The notes below the pieces were generated by a model that searched no databases, was not told where the DNA came from, and saw only the letters and a program-made list of their open reading frames with translations. The position numbers were made by a program, and so were the translations under genes. From the NCBI GenBank assembly GCA_977017645.1, contig OZ360223.1:150598001-150662000 (forward strand): a stretch of DNA of 64,000 nt, in the 5' to 3' direction. Every line of letters starts with the position of its first letter. Positions within the stretch are counted from its first letter, which is position 1. This DNA comes from Torpedo marmorata. Lineage: Eukaryota. Below, one piece after another: positions 38,558 to 52,000 of this stretch.

Positions 38558-40300
38558 GATTTCAACAAATTTGCAAAACCTTCAACATTTGAGTAAAATA
38601 AATGGAAATGAGTTTAAGATGGTAAGGTCCATGTGGAGCTTGCACTGCACTTCAGTGCATCAAAATGCATGGTGGATTCCAAGTATTGTGCTTAATCCAA
38701 GAAAAGAAATGCCTCGACAATAGTGAAATCACAATCCCAACCATCAGCACAAAGTGAAATCAAAGTTTTTTTTTTTTGCTAATGCAGTACTTGTTGTCAG
38801 AAATATTGTGCGATCAGGTATTTCATTCATCAGCTAAGGCAAGGTTATGTTAAAAAAAAATGGTGATGTACCGTTGACTGCACATCAACTAGGTTACCAG
38901 GCAGACATTTGGAAAAAAAACCACAGGGAAGTTATTGGAGGATAAAACTAGCTTGAGGGAAATTAAAATAATTCAGGGCCATAATTGTTCTTCATGTTGG
39001 CCACTTATCTACAATTGATTGATAGTTACGTCAAAACATTCCCTTCAAAAGCTTGAGTTATGTTGAAAAATTTTTTTGTTCAGTGAATGCAAGCAGCAAA
39101 GTGCAATTTGCATTCCATTGAGACAAACCACAACTCACCAATGAAATATAAATTTTATTTCACAGCTAAACTGAGAGATTCTCGTGCAAGTGACAGCTTT
39201 TGGAAATTCATGTTCTCCTGAACCTTTTCCTCTTTTTGAGTCTCCCTTCTGCACAGAGATTCATGAGAATGTGTGAATGATTCCAAACATGACGAATGCT
39301 ACTTCATGGAATATCAAAAGGGGATGAAGCAGCAAGCCAAAGTTTGCAATTTCTTGTTTGTTATCTGTTTGAAACTTGGGAAAGCCCCAGTGTGGCAGTC
39401 GAGAGATCTGGCACCATTGCTCGTACATGCACAGAGTTGGATTGTTTCCATGAGCAGAAACCAAGCACAACTTGCATGAATCAAATGCCGAACAACTGCG
39501 CTGCTGGCACTCTGCAAAGAGATCGTCTCATTTCACTGGGAGAATTGCTGGCTGCATTTAACTTGAGTGATCCGAAAACGGTCTGTGCAGAATCATTTCC
39601 TGGCCACTGGAGGAGAACCACAGCTACAGCTGATCCTTTGCAGAGTTAAGCCTTTTGTTTCTCGAGTTCTCCCATGGGACAAAGCAATGATTACATCACC
39701 TCTCATCGGCATCACCACTGCATTCTCTCTAATTCTGTGGCGGTCCCTTTTGTGTTCTCTAAGTAATCTCCTCCAAATACGAGTACTGTATTGTAGTATT
39801 TAGAGCACTGAAGCAGACCTTTGGCCCAAAATATCTGCACAGGCAGTTTTGTGCCTCGTCTCACCTTTTTTATTTCCCAAAATTCAATTTTTCATCAAAG
39901 AATATTGACTTTATGCATGGCTAGAGATGTACTACTCCAGTCATTTTGTAAGTGCTTGCCCCTATGCAATGAGTAACTGCAAATTTAATGTCTCCCATCT
40001 CCATTTCCCAGCCATTGGACATAGGCTGAAATGTGTTTATAAATATAGAATCTTAACTAATTAGTTTTCTCTCTCAAGTTTGTCTAAAGGCTCTTAAACA
40101 TCAATAATCAACATGCTTTATAAATTGGGCAAACCAAGTGACTAATGATATCGCATATTTTATATCCCTCTAATGTAAAACTTTCCAAACTAAACTTAAT
40201 ATTTGATTTCTGTCAAGTAAAGACTACTGAAGTGATGTTGGAGACAGAGCAATAAATCTTACCTGTGATGTTATGTACATTTAGGAACACTATTTGTTAT

Positions 40301-40702
40301 GACTTTTACACAGCCGCTGCATAACGGGAAATTCTCGCAAAATTCCCGCAACGCTGGCTGTGTAAAAAGGTCGGGACGGAAATTAGTAAGTAATTTCCAT
40401 CCCGACATTTTTCCTGCAGCAGCCCTAGACAATTTTGCGGACAGCCTGCAGTCTAAACTGAACTGCAGGCGGTCCGCAACAATGGGCTAATGAATACGAC
40501 GTACCTGATGACGCGCGATGACGCGTTCAGCTCACAACATGCAATGCGGGATTTTCCTCTTATGTCTGGAGGCTTTTTTGGATGCAGGTTAATGACGTCA
40601 CTGACGACGTCGACGTAGTGATGCTGTGTGTCGGACGTAGGTTGTACGTCTGAGTCGACGTCGACCCACGTCCACCCTCTGAAATCACCGCAACGCAGTA
40701 AG
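40301..40702. mobile_element. CpG-rich multi-hairpin element, probably a truncated DNA-transposon (Harbinger-like) end
   Basis: Abrupt CpG-rich block with consecutive inverted repeats at 40301-40372, 40370-40406 and 40435-40479. No partner TIR or TSD seen. Confidence 0.45.
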
Positions 40703-43133
40703 TTAGTGCAAATGTCCTTCCTGTGTGAACAGCCACTCCGGAGGGTAAATATGCAAATTGATGATGGGAAATTCTCGGTATTTACGTCTAAAAACCATAA
40801 ATGATACCAATGCTGAAATGTCTCGCAAACTAGTGAAGTTTGTAAAGGCTGTAAGAATATAAAATATGATAAACCCCAACATATAACAGATGATGAGAAA
40901 CTTTAATCCCAGTGGTACAGTTGAAATCAAAAGGCAACTCTGACAGAATTGCTGTGACATACAATACTGCAAAATTACAGAAGGCTGATGAAATAAATGA
41001 CGCCTCTGGATTCAAGAAACAATTAGCTCCTTTTGTTAATTTCCTCCTCGCAAGTCCTCTCTCTGAGCCATGACACATGGGGAGCAGAACGTTGCAGACT
41101 TTATTCCATTTCTCGGGGCTTCCAAAAGTTTAGAGTAGAGTTCTACAGAGAACTCCCAAAGTAACTCATTCCCTGGTGCCGTGAAAGAATCATTACTTCA
41201 TTCCAGTTTTTAAATGCAAGCAGATCATATTTAAATCGAAACACTAAAAATTGGACTTTTGCTTTTTGAGAGCAAAGATAACAAGCATTACAAAATGAAA
41301 GGGATGTTAATTAGACGAGTCCTTCTGCAGTCTCAAGCTGAATGCACATCTTAACCTTTGTGAGCCCTTCTAGTCCCGCAACATTGATCCCATGGAAATT
41401 GGAGATGATGAACTTGCTGGGTTTAGGGTTGGAGGAATCAGCCTCTTTTGCTTTCCTATTGTTGGCTTAGGTTCAAAGGCTGATCAATCAGATATGCTGG
41501 AAATTTGGGGGTCAGGGGGAAATCACAATCATGATTGAGATGGATGGAATGGAGGTGTATCCATTTTTTGAGAACAGAGCCATCACAAAACCAAAGGAAT
41601 GTACTTCTGTCATCTGAAGCTGAATGCATATTTTTGAGTCAGCAAAAAAAAATCCTCAGGTATTTTAAAGATCCTTGCAATACATTTTTGCATTGCAAGA
41701 AAAACAAAGAAATATCCCATTTAACAGCTCTTACCAAAGATGCCATTAGTAAACATTATGGTTACAAAATTATTTGCATTTAAATGCAATGTGATATTCT
41801 GTAATCTTCCATTCCTCTGCAAATGTTGTTGATGTAAAATCAGAACCAATATTAATAAAAAGAAACATGATAAAGCTTTTCTAAGTTCTAATGTCGCACT
41901 GCTTATTTGTCTTGTATGTGATTGAAAATTTGTTTCTTCTTGGATTGTTCACAACATACAGACAAACATACAAATACATATGTAAAAAATCTTTTTGGTT
42001 CTTAATCCCTTTCTCCTCTCGTGGTAATGTTTGGGGAAAGCCTCCTTCAGCCCTGAGAACTCTGTATTTTTCTACATTAGTCATTTTCTTCATTTCACCT
42101 TTAACTGTTCAGATCCCAAACTCTAGAATTCCCTCCCTAGATACCCTTTTCCCTTCAAGACCTTTCTTATAACTGACCCCCATTCACATTTTTGTTCATC
42201 TGCACTAAATTTCCTTGGTGCCAAATTTTGTCTGATTGCACGCAAAATTCATTTTGTTTTTTTCTACTCTGATACAACATGCTACATAAAAGTAAATTGT
42301 CAGATTGGACATGAACACAATGACAACTAATTGATCTATTCCTAACTTCTTGTCATATGTTCCTCACAATGGATTCCAGGAATCAATCATTCCACGAGTC
42401 CCATGTAGATTCCACTGCTTCAGATTTAAAAATTCTAGAATTTCAGCATCACAGTGCAAAGGCATCCTGCCAGATATGTATGCCAACTGCTCCCTCCAAG
42501 ATTTTGAGAGGAAGTAATTTGAAGAGAACAGAGTGGCTCCATTAGATAGGGTGTTGAATTTATGATGTACAATTAACCTGTTCCTGGTGATGGCAAGGTA
42601 GATAGCCCAGTAAATTTGAGCACCATGCTCAAATGATTTCTGCTACTGGGCTTATTTTCCACTTTTCCTGTGTTTATAATGTTCTATGACAATTAACAGA
42701 AGGTAACCAGTAAGCGGAGAAAGCGGAAGGGGAGCACAATGAAGAATGAAAGTGGATGCTTGAAGGCATGGTGCAAAAAAATGTTAACACCCAATTAAAT
42801 GTTCTTAATCACAGTTATTTAGTATTCATCTGTCCAGATAATAAAAGGAAGAGCATGTTAAAATTGGTTTATCTCTTTAATGATAGTAAATTAAAAGTGC
42901 AATCAATTTGCTTCTCAAAGATACTTCCTTCCTTCTTGTAGTGCTTCAACCAAAGCATCTTACTCTGGGAGTTCCTCAGTTTCCTGCCATGACCCCAACC
43001 AGCATCCCTCCACCCCGCCCCATGGAAATTCCAAGGGTTTTTTTTTTAAGCTTTGAACCATTTCATCTGGTTCAAGGAAAATAGCAGGGAGAGGACCTTA
43101 CAGTTCCATCTGCTCAGCCAATAACATTGCCAC

Positions 43134-43264
43134 CAGTGTTCCCTCTAAGCTGTGTGCGCACAAACAGTCTGTGTGCGCGCACAAAGGCAATCAATGTGCG
43201 CACATTTGTGCGCGTGCACACTGAACGTTTGTGCACGCATGCACACAAGTTAGAGGGAACAGTG
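43134..43264. mobile_element. hAT MITE
   Basis: TIRs cagtgttccctctaa / ttagagggaacagtg, 8-bp TSD attgccac/attgccat, and a gtgcgcac-rich interior. Confidence 0.9.
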
Positions 43265-44274
43265 ATTGCCATGCCATTGGGCTTCCCAATTTGACGCTCA
43301 CAGATGAGGACAAGTTTGAGCAAGCTTATTCCCAACTGGGGAACATAGTCTGATCATATCTGTGGCTCGCATTAGAAACAGGCTCCATTGGTACCCAGGG
43401 CTATGCACTATTTTCATCAAGGAACAAATAGTCAGCCAGCAGGGAAGCCCATGTGTCATTTCTCTCCTTGAGTATGGCAAAGTGTGTTAATTGCTCCATG
43501 TTAATTGCAGCAGAGGTGTCAACAGTCTTGAGTAATGACATGGAATCATTTTGTCACATACGATACAATCGACCCCAGATTCACTTCCATTGGATAAAAC
43601 AGAAGATCAGGCAAGACACATCAACAGTCTATGCAATATTGCCTGTGTCCATACCCAAATTTAATTTCACCCTAAACTTTTGGGTAAACATGATTATGTC
43701 CTCAGGTACACATCATAAAAAAAGCTATTATGAGTTGCAAGGAACTATTTCAGAGCAAAGCTATTGTTTGGCTAGATACTGATGAAGATGGAATTGATCA
43801 CCTGGTATTTAAATGCTGTAATAGATGCGTTCAATACTTACCAAAGACTACAGGTTTCAAACATGTTCTGGGGAAATCAGTGGGAGTGTATTTTTTTTGT
43901 TCAGCAATGCCAAAATAAATTGGCAATTCCCTATACTGTACTCCATTCATTGTTTACTCTCACTACCTGTTAAAACAGTAAGAACTAAACAGGGTTTGAA
44001 GTGGACCACCAATGTATGATTGCCTATTTTGTTCTGTTGCACAAGATTAATTCCTCCACCCCTTGGAGCCTTTTTAACAAAGGGAATTAAAGGTCCTCTC
44101 TGATTTAATCATTTTCAAAGTTTGACTGCTTACATGTAAGGGATACAAAAATATTTCATTAAACATCAGAACAAGTCAGAAATCGGAATTAATCTAAGTG
44201 TCCTCAGTGACAGTATTGTGTGCTTTTATTGACTTTTTAAAAATATATTTCCACTCCATTAGTGAGTACTTTAA

Positions 44275-44480
44275 TTTTTTTTTTAAAAATTTAGACATAC
44301 AGCACGGTAACATGCCCTACAACCCGGTACATTTTGAAGGGTGGGAGGAAACATGAGCACCTGGAGGAAACCCACGCAGACATGGGGAGAACGTACAAAC
44401 TCTTTACAGACAGTGCCGGATTCGAACCCCGGCCACTGTTATCAACATTGCACTAACCACTACTCTAACCGTGCCACCCT
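44275..44480 (-). mobile_element. V-SINE with internal deletion
   Basis: V-domain and gattcgaaccc B-box present. It lacks the gcccacgag..caattaac segment seen at 38360. Confidence 0.88.
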
Positions 44481-45721
44481 GTGATCAGGAACCTTAATTC
44501 ATGCTTGAAGGAGCCAGATTTCTGGGTGACATTTTTTCATTCCCATAAAAAAATCTGCTTGAAATTCTGCAATGATCTTTCTTAGGTGAAAAGGCACAAT
44601 GGACTAGGTGTGAAGTGTTTCATTGACTTGTCTGGAAAGGGTTAAGACTAAAACATTGGCCTCTGGCAAGATAATGCTCTAAATAAAATGTTTGAAGTAT
44701 GGGACTATTTGGGGTAAAATTATTTTGTTAGTTGTGGCCATTGAGAGAGTGTTAATTCAAAGATAATAACATTAACAATCAAAAGGCAAGCTGTATGCAC
44801 AATGCTTCCAGCAAAAATGTCTCAAATTGAGTTAATGCCTTGATTATCATAGACCCTGGCCACATTCCACATGAATGAAGCACAGCTGACATGTTCAGAC
44901 TTCTATTGCTCAGGAATGGATTGACTCAGAGCAGCCGTTGTCTAAAGAAAAAAGTGCATTCAGACTAAAGCAATGTTGTGTGACACAAAGAAGGCACTGA
45001 AGTCTGCAGAATAGTTATGTGGTAAAGGTGGGTATGAAAACTGGTTCCAATTGTGTGAGCGAATTTCTGATTGATCTCCATAGTATCGAAATTGTCTCAA
45101 GTAGTTTCATGAAAACAAGATTTCGGTTGTTTCAATATTATCACCCATATATCAACAGTTAGCCAGCACCTCAAACTGATTTACCAATCAATGCTAATAC
45201 AAAAGAAATGTCTGTAATGGTTTATTTTCAGTTTTAAGGTATCATTGGCATGTTCTGTACTCGTTGGCATAAAATACTACTGTCATTACTTTGTAGAATA
45301 ATACAGACTTTAATTCATCCTAATGGTAGTTTCCATTACCAATGGTGACAACTCAACATTCAATGAACATTTTCTTTGCCAAAGCAAAATGTAAACTTTG
45401 GTAAATATTGGGCAATTGAGTTGAAATTTGCTTCAGATTTTTTTTCCAGCTGTAATTTCTGTGTTCTTACCAATTAAATTGCTCCTTGTTAAAAAGTACC
45501 ACCCATTGTTTTAATATGTTATATAATTGTGAAGTGACCATGTAATTGAAACCATAAAATAATGTGTGTTTAGTATCTACAGTTTACAGTGAAAACAATC
45601 ATTGTGTCCTTGAACAGTAACTCTGAATGAACTGCATGGATGTCCAAAGCAGGTAACGGGTATTAAACATAAAACACTGCAGTTGATCAGGAAGTGCTGG
45701 AGCCTCACTGTTCTTAAGATT

Positions 45722-46838
45722 CTTCTTTTTCAATATTTTTATTGGTTTCATCAAGTAAATGTTACATAGGTACATAATAATAAAATAAAGTATTAACAAA
45801 TTACATATAATAATAAAAATGGTGGTAAGCCCTACGTTACATTGAAAAGTTAAAAAAATCCTGAAAAAAAACACTACTAATTATCAATCCCCTCCCTTCA
45901 GAGGCTGCTGGCTGAACATAAACAGCTCACTACCTAATAATAAAGGTAAAAAACACAAATGCTGGAGAACTCAGCAGGTCAAACAGTGTCTTTTATGTAG
46001 CAAAGGTAGAAATACATAACTGACGTTTCAGGCTTGAGCCCTTCTTCAAAGTAATAATAAAGGTAATCAATGGGATCAAAAACCAACAGTTAATTAATCT
46101 TACAAATTTTGAAAATAATTAAGAAAAGAACCCCATAAGGAAACAAAATTAAGATTCATTTCAGTAGTGGAACATCTAATTTTTTCAAAAGTCAAACATG
46201 CCATCATATCAGACAACCATTGTGTGAGGGACAGCATCTTTCCATCTCATTAATATGGCCCTTCTAGCGATAAGGGAAGCAAGAACTACTACATGGGATT
46301 GTGAAGCAGTCAATATTAGACCCATTGGCTCACTTATTCCAAAAAAAGCAAGGATTTGGTGTCAATTGGACTTTGGAATAGTGAACCCAGTGTACTACCT
46401 TAAATTGTAATAATGAGTGTCTAGCACAAAGAGAGGATGAGTGCAGTCGCTTCAAAATAGAGTCCCATGCAGTTTTCAGAAATTAATTGTTGAAACTCTT
46501 GCTCCAAAAGTTTTTTTTATTCTGTCCAGGGAACTATCCCGAGAACTTAAACGTAGATAATAAAGGACTGATAACATCTGTTTATGATCAGGTTTGAAAT
46601 TATAAATCTTCCCTATCATATTAGGTTCCAATTCTTGAGGGAGCCTCAAAATTAAAGAATTCAAGAAGCTCCTAACCTGTAAATAACGAAAAAAGTGATG
46701 TTTAGATATTATAAATTTAGTAGATAATTGTTCAAAAGAAGCAAGATTTTGGTCAATAAAAAAATCCAAAAAGGATTGGATACCTAGATTTGACCATTGA
46801 TGGTAACCGATATCTTGAACCAAAGGTTAAAAGGAATA
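45722..46838 (-). mobile_element. Degraded L1-clade LINE 3' fragment
   Basis: ORF 46476-46823 (SFEQLSTKF..HFFRYLQVRSF) is L1 ORF2-like, with a T-rich tail at 45722. Confidence 0.8.
45950..46051 (-). mobile_element. Penelope-derived short element with hammerhead motif, inserted in the L1 3' region
   Basis: 15-bp direct repeat taataataaaggtaa at 45935-45949 and 46052-46066. Minus strand reads ACT TTGAAGA A GGGC TCAA GCCT GAAA C GTC AGT. Confidence 0.85.
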
Positions 46839-49062
46839 AGATTCAAGATTCAATTTATTGTTATGTAATAAAACAGTGTCATTTTACACAAAATTGCTTT
46901 TGCCTGTTGTAAGGCAGACAGATTCACCATCGGCAGAAATTGCCTGAAGCGCCTCTTACAGTCAGAGAAAGAGAAGCAAAATAGAATTCCCCAGATCCAC
47001 CGAGTGTCCGTAGATTCGCCTCCGCAGCCACACAGAGTCCAGTCCAAACCATTGGAAACCCGAGCTCCAGATCTGAACCTCCGACACGGTCAGGAACCCT
47101 TCAGCGCCTTCGGCACTCCCTCACATCCCCAGAATCAGAATTTATTGTCATGAACAAGTCATGAAATTCGGTGTTTTGCGGCAGCATCATAATGCAAACA
47201 TCCATATTATAACCATCTTACGACATTACTATCAAAAATATATAAATAATAGTGCACGAAAAGTAAGGCACTGTCTTTGGTTCATTGATTATTCAGGAAT
47301 CTGATGGCAGTGGGGAAGAGGCTGTCCTTGTGCCGTTGAGTGCTCATCTTTATGCTCCTGTACCTTTTTCCCCGATGGTAGCAGAGTGAAGAGGGCATGG
47401 CCTGGGTGGTGGGGGTCTTTGAGGATGGAGGCTGCTTTTTTAAGACACCACCTCATGTAGATGTCCTCGATGAAGCGAAGTCTGGTGCCTGTGATGTCAC
47501 AGGCTGAGTTAACAACCCTCTGGAGTTTATTCTTGTCCTGAGAGTTGGTGCCTCCATACCAGGCAGTGATGCAACCAGCCAGAATACTCTCCACGGTACA
47601 CCTGTAGAAGTTTACGAGAGTCTTCAGTTACATACAAAATCTCCTCAGACATCTCACAAAGTATAGCTGCTGACGAGCCTTCTTTGTGATTGCATCAACG
47701 TGGAGGCTCCAGGACAGATCCTTGGAGATGTTGACACACAGGAATTTGAAGTTCTTGACCCTCTCCACTACTGAGCCCTCGATGAGGACTGGGTCGTGTT
47801 CCCCTGACTTCCTCCTGAAGTCCACAATCATTTCCTTGGTTTTGCTGATATTGAGCACAAGGTTGTTGTCGTTACACCATTCAACGAGCTGATCTATCTC
47901 CCTCCTGTATGCTTCCTCATTGCCGTTTGTGATTCTGCCGACAACTGTGGTGTCATCGGCAAACTTGTAGATGGCAATGGAATTGTGCCTGGCCACACAG
48001 TCATGGGTGTATAACGAGTAGAGCAGTGGGCTAAGCACGCATCCTTGGGGTGCGCCTGTGTTGATAATCAGTGAGGAGGAGACGTTGTTTCCAATTCGTA
48101 CTGACTGTGGCCTTCCGATAAGAAAGTCAAGGATCCAGTTGCAGAGGGGGGTACAGAGGCCTAGAGTTTGTAGCTTCTTGACCAGCACTGAGGGAATAAT
48201 GGTATTGAAGGCCGAGCTGTAATCAATGAAGAGCAGCCGTATGTATGAATTGCTGTTTTTGAGGTGATCCAGAGCTGAGTAGAGAGCCAGCGATATTGCA
48301 TCTGCTGTGGAGCGATTGTGATGATAGGCAAATTGCAGTGGGCCCAGATCTTTGTTTCGGTACGTGTTAATTCTGGCCATGACCAGCCTCTCAAAGCATT
48401 TCATCACAGTAGAAGTTAGTGCTACTGGGCGGTAGTCGTTGAGGCAGCTCACACTTCTCTTCTTGTGTACCGGGATGATTGATGCCCTTTTGAAGCAGGT
48501 GGGAACCTCTGACTGCCGCAATGAGAGGTTGAAAATGTCCATGAACAGTCCGATACCTGGTACCCCTTCAGCCAGTCTCCAGCAGTCTGCAGCCCGGCGC
48601 GAGTCTCCTAACAGCAGCCTCCATGGTGGGTTCCTCACCTCGAGTCGCCAGCAGCCCGCCGCATGCATTGGTCTTCCAGCCGCAGAGCCCTCTCACTGGT
48701 CCGCCGCCGTGGTCACCGTCCGGTGGGTCGTCTCCTCTGTTTCTTCTCGGATGGGGGAATAGTCTCCCTGTTTTCTGTTGCCCTGCACCAGTCCTCCGCT
48801 CCCCTGGAGTCTGCAAACCCTCGTGGCTGCTGCCGATCAGAGGCGCCGCTATCTTGGGCGCAGGCCCTGTGGTTACAGGATTTTAAATAAAACTACCATC
48901 AGCTCCTTTAACAGGCCGTTCAAAGCCTGTGCAGAACTGACGGCAGTTGACTGGGTGGTTGGACCCAGCGGGAGCGCTGTATCTCCGCTCCTCACTCCCC
49001 GCGGGTCCGCACCAGCGGCAGCGCTGCCGTTGCAGCGTCTCTGGCAGCACCGCCATTTTGCT
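46839..49062 (-). mobile_element. Non-coding GC-rich non-autonomous retroelement (46839-47130 plus 48547-49062) interrupted by Rex1
   Basis: The two halves join to match the uninterrupted copy at 53128-53714 (..catccc|..ccgatacctggtac). The probable 5' end has aaaatggcgg (YY1-like) and the tail is (ttgaatc)n. Confidence 0.85.
47131..48546 (-). mobile_element. Rex1/Babar LINE, 5'-truncated, with reverse transcriptase domain
   Basis: [54 protein letters not shown]. One premature stop at 47628 and a frameshift near 47365. Confidence 0.95.
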
Positions 49063-52000
49063 GTAGACTTTAGCCCAGTGGCCCACCAATCATACTGGTT
49101 TACTGGACTCTTGGACCTTTAACAACTTCTCCAATCTTTACTGATAAAGAATGTAAATTAAGAAACAAAAACACATTAATTACATTACTGAGTGAAAAGA
49201 GCAAAAGGGAGTGGCCTAATGGTTAAGTGATTATTATAAATCAAGCATGTTCATTGATTAACCTTTGCAAAACACATTTAGTTTGTAAGATGGTTGTTAA
49301 CACTGGAGCAGTATCAGTTCTGGGGACCACACTTTATGGAGCATGGTGAGGCGAACCTGTGCAAACAACTAATTTCAGCTTTGAAAGTTCTTGTTTTTTT
49401 TCCTGAGTTCCAGGTAGTTTTTGGATGAGAAAGGAGAATTTTATCCCAAGTGGAGACCAATTGTAAACACTCAGAGTTAGGGTGAAAACTTTCAGAATTA
49501 GGTCATCTCCTTCTCCCAGTGCAGCCAGAATAAGAATGGAAATCAGGCAAAAATCCTCAGAGATATTTTGGGAGAGTCATGGTTTCATCTACAATCTGTC
49601 ACCATAACATCATCAACTTTTACCACTGATGAGAATCATCCCTCACTGCACTGCACATGGCATCAGATACCAAGATTCCCAAGACAGGTAAATTACAGGG
49701 GGCTAATCATTTTCACATTGCCACCTGTCACATACTGGCTTGTTTGAACTGCATCCAAATTATTCAGGGAAGGCAAGAAATCTAAGGGCCACTCTCCTAA
49801 CTACTGAGAAACACATCTTTTTTTCCCAAATAAAAAGGACAGCATCCACTGAAATCCTAAGATTAAATGGAGATCGAAACCAAGGAATTCTCAAGTTATT
49901 TCCCCAGTGTTCAAATCAAATACAGCACACCATCTTAAATTCACATTGAAATCTAAAACCGGTGCAAACCTGGCAAGTCAATGCAACAACTTCCATTGGA
50001 AAAAAATCAGGCAAGTATGATAGTGATCTAATTTCCTTCCATCAAGCCACCACTATGAGAAAAGTGGAAGGAAATTACTTTTTTTGAGCAGGAGGCTAGA
50101 GCACTTAATCAAGTTCAAAGTAAGGGAATTCTGAATTGCTCATGTGACTCAAAACTTTAAAATAAAACAATAGCAGAACATAATTCTACAAGATGATTAA
50201 GAATTAAAAATTGATGAAGATCACTGCTCTGATCATTCAAATGAAGGACAGCGTTGGTTAATGGTTTAAAGGCTTTATACAGAAGTCTTGGAACTGCAAG
50301 ATGCCATTCCTGCAATAGAAATGTTACGATGTGGCTACATCGCAATAAGATACTAAATCTGCTCTTTCTTTTACGAAATTGTCAAGCATATAGGTTCTAA
50401 TGAGTGCAAGATTAAAAACTGCCTTCTCGGTCAAGGATTTCTCAAATCATTTTGCAAATTTCACAAGACAATGGCCACAATACTCAGATTTTCTATCTGA
50501 TTCTTCACTGTTTCATTTTACCCTTGCTACTTCTGTTATATCTTCATTATTACTTATCATAAAATTACCTGTCTTTCAACCCTCATACATATTCAATCAT
50601 GCTGCAGAAGGAAAATATATAGCCATGGAAGTTTTCACTTAGTCCACTATATCTCTGCTGAAGGATTCAATCACAATTCCAACAACAATACCTCTTTCGC
50701 CAAATCTTCATGTGCAAAAGAACATCCTGAACTCTAGTTATGCATCAGCATCAAGACTAATGACCTTGAGAGGGCCTCACAGATTGAGAAAAGGAATGAG
50801 TGAGGAGTAACCTCGCAATCATCTCATCACTTCCCTCACACCACTCTGCAGTAAACAAGCTTGCCTGTACCCACCCCAGTGCCCAGTCTCCTGTGTGTTG
50901 GGAGAATCCTTCCAATGGGAGAAAACTGCACCAAAGAATTGGAATGCTGCAAGAAGTAGGTTGGGGAAAATGTTGGTGAAATAAGCATGACAAAACACAG
51001 GGTTTAAGCAGAAGAGCAAGGAGGAATGAGACAAATGAAAATTGAACAAGAGATGTGCACAAGCTTCCACTACTCTGCCATATTAACTCTCAATCCCATT
51101 TATCTCAACAGCACAGTGAAACAGGCAGTGAGGAGGATGAATGAGATGGAGAGCACTAGAAGATATATCCACAGAGATACCATCAAGCTAGTGGAAACAC
51201 ATACAACTAAACTGAAAAGAAACAAGTGGCAAAACAGAGACCAAGCCTAATTTGGGGAAGGAGAAGAGGAACACCCTCAAATGAAGACAGAGACAGGAAC
51301 TGATATCCGTTTATGGGTCGGGTGTGATCCGAGATGGGGGGAGGGGCGGGGCAAGGTGGAGGGGAAATTCATCCTTGTGTCACTTATGGCATACAGACAA
51401 TGAAGCAGGAATTGCATGCTGAGAGAGAGTGCCAGCAACACAGACTGAGTGGTTGTCTCTTCTAGAAGGCAAACAGCCTGTGCTGGGCCCCTGTAATTAT
51501 GCAGCAATGCATGAGGGAATGCACCAGCAATTTACAGAAGCTCCTTTGAGTTTGCTTCATATTCCTCAAATGTCTTCAAAGGATCCAAAACTCTGATTAG
51601 TGTGAGACGTGTACAATGCTTGCTCTAAGAGGGAAAGAGAGGTTCCTATTCCACCGAGGCACCTTGAATATTTTATTTGTCGAAGGCAGCTGAAGAGTAT
51701 GAAAAGAAGATGAGAGGGTTGATGCAGCACAGACAGACTGTAATGAGAGACTGGAGAATATGTCGAGGTTTTATTGTGACTAGGAAACATCTTCAAGTCT
51801 GTAATTTAAATACCATTTTTAGGACAGCAAGGTAGAAGGACAGTGGGCTCTGGTAGTGGGGTGACAGATCTTGCAGCCTCACTTCGAAGTCTGATCAAAC
51901 TGGTGCCTGTGATTTGACAGTAAATTAAATAGATATTGCTGTTGTCAGACTCTACTGTTCTGTCACTGAATAATTACGTCTGTCAGATAATGAAGAGTTA

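Noticed and set aside
50750-51800. Purine-rich, coding-looking stretch (decayed transposon gene or retrocopy?)
   Set aside because: The frames are broken by stops and I cannot assign any motif, end or TSD. It needs a translated search.
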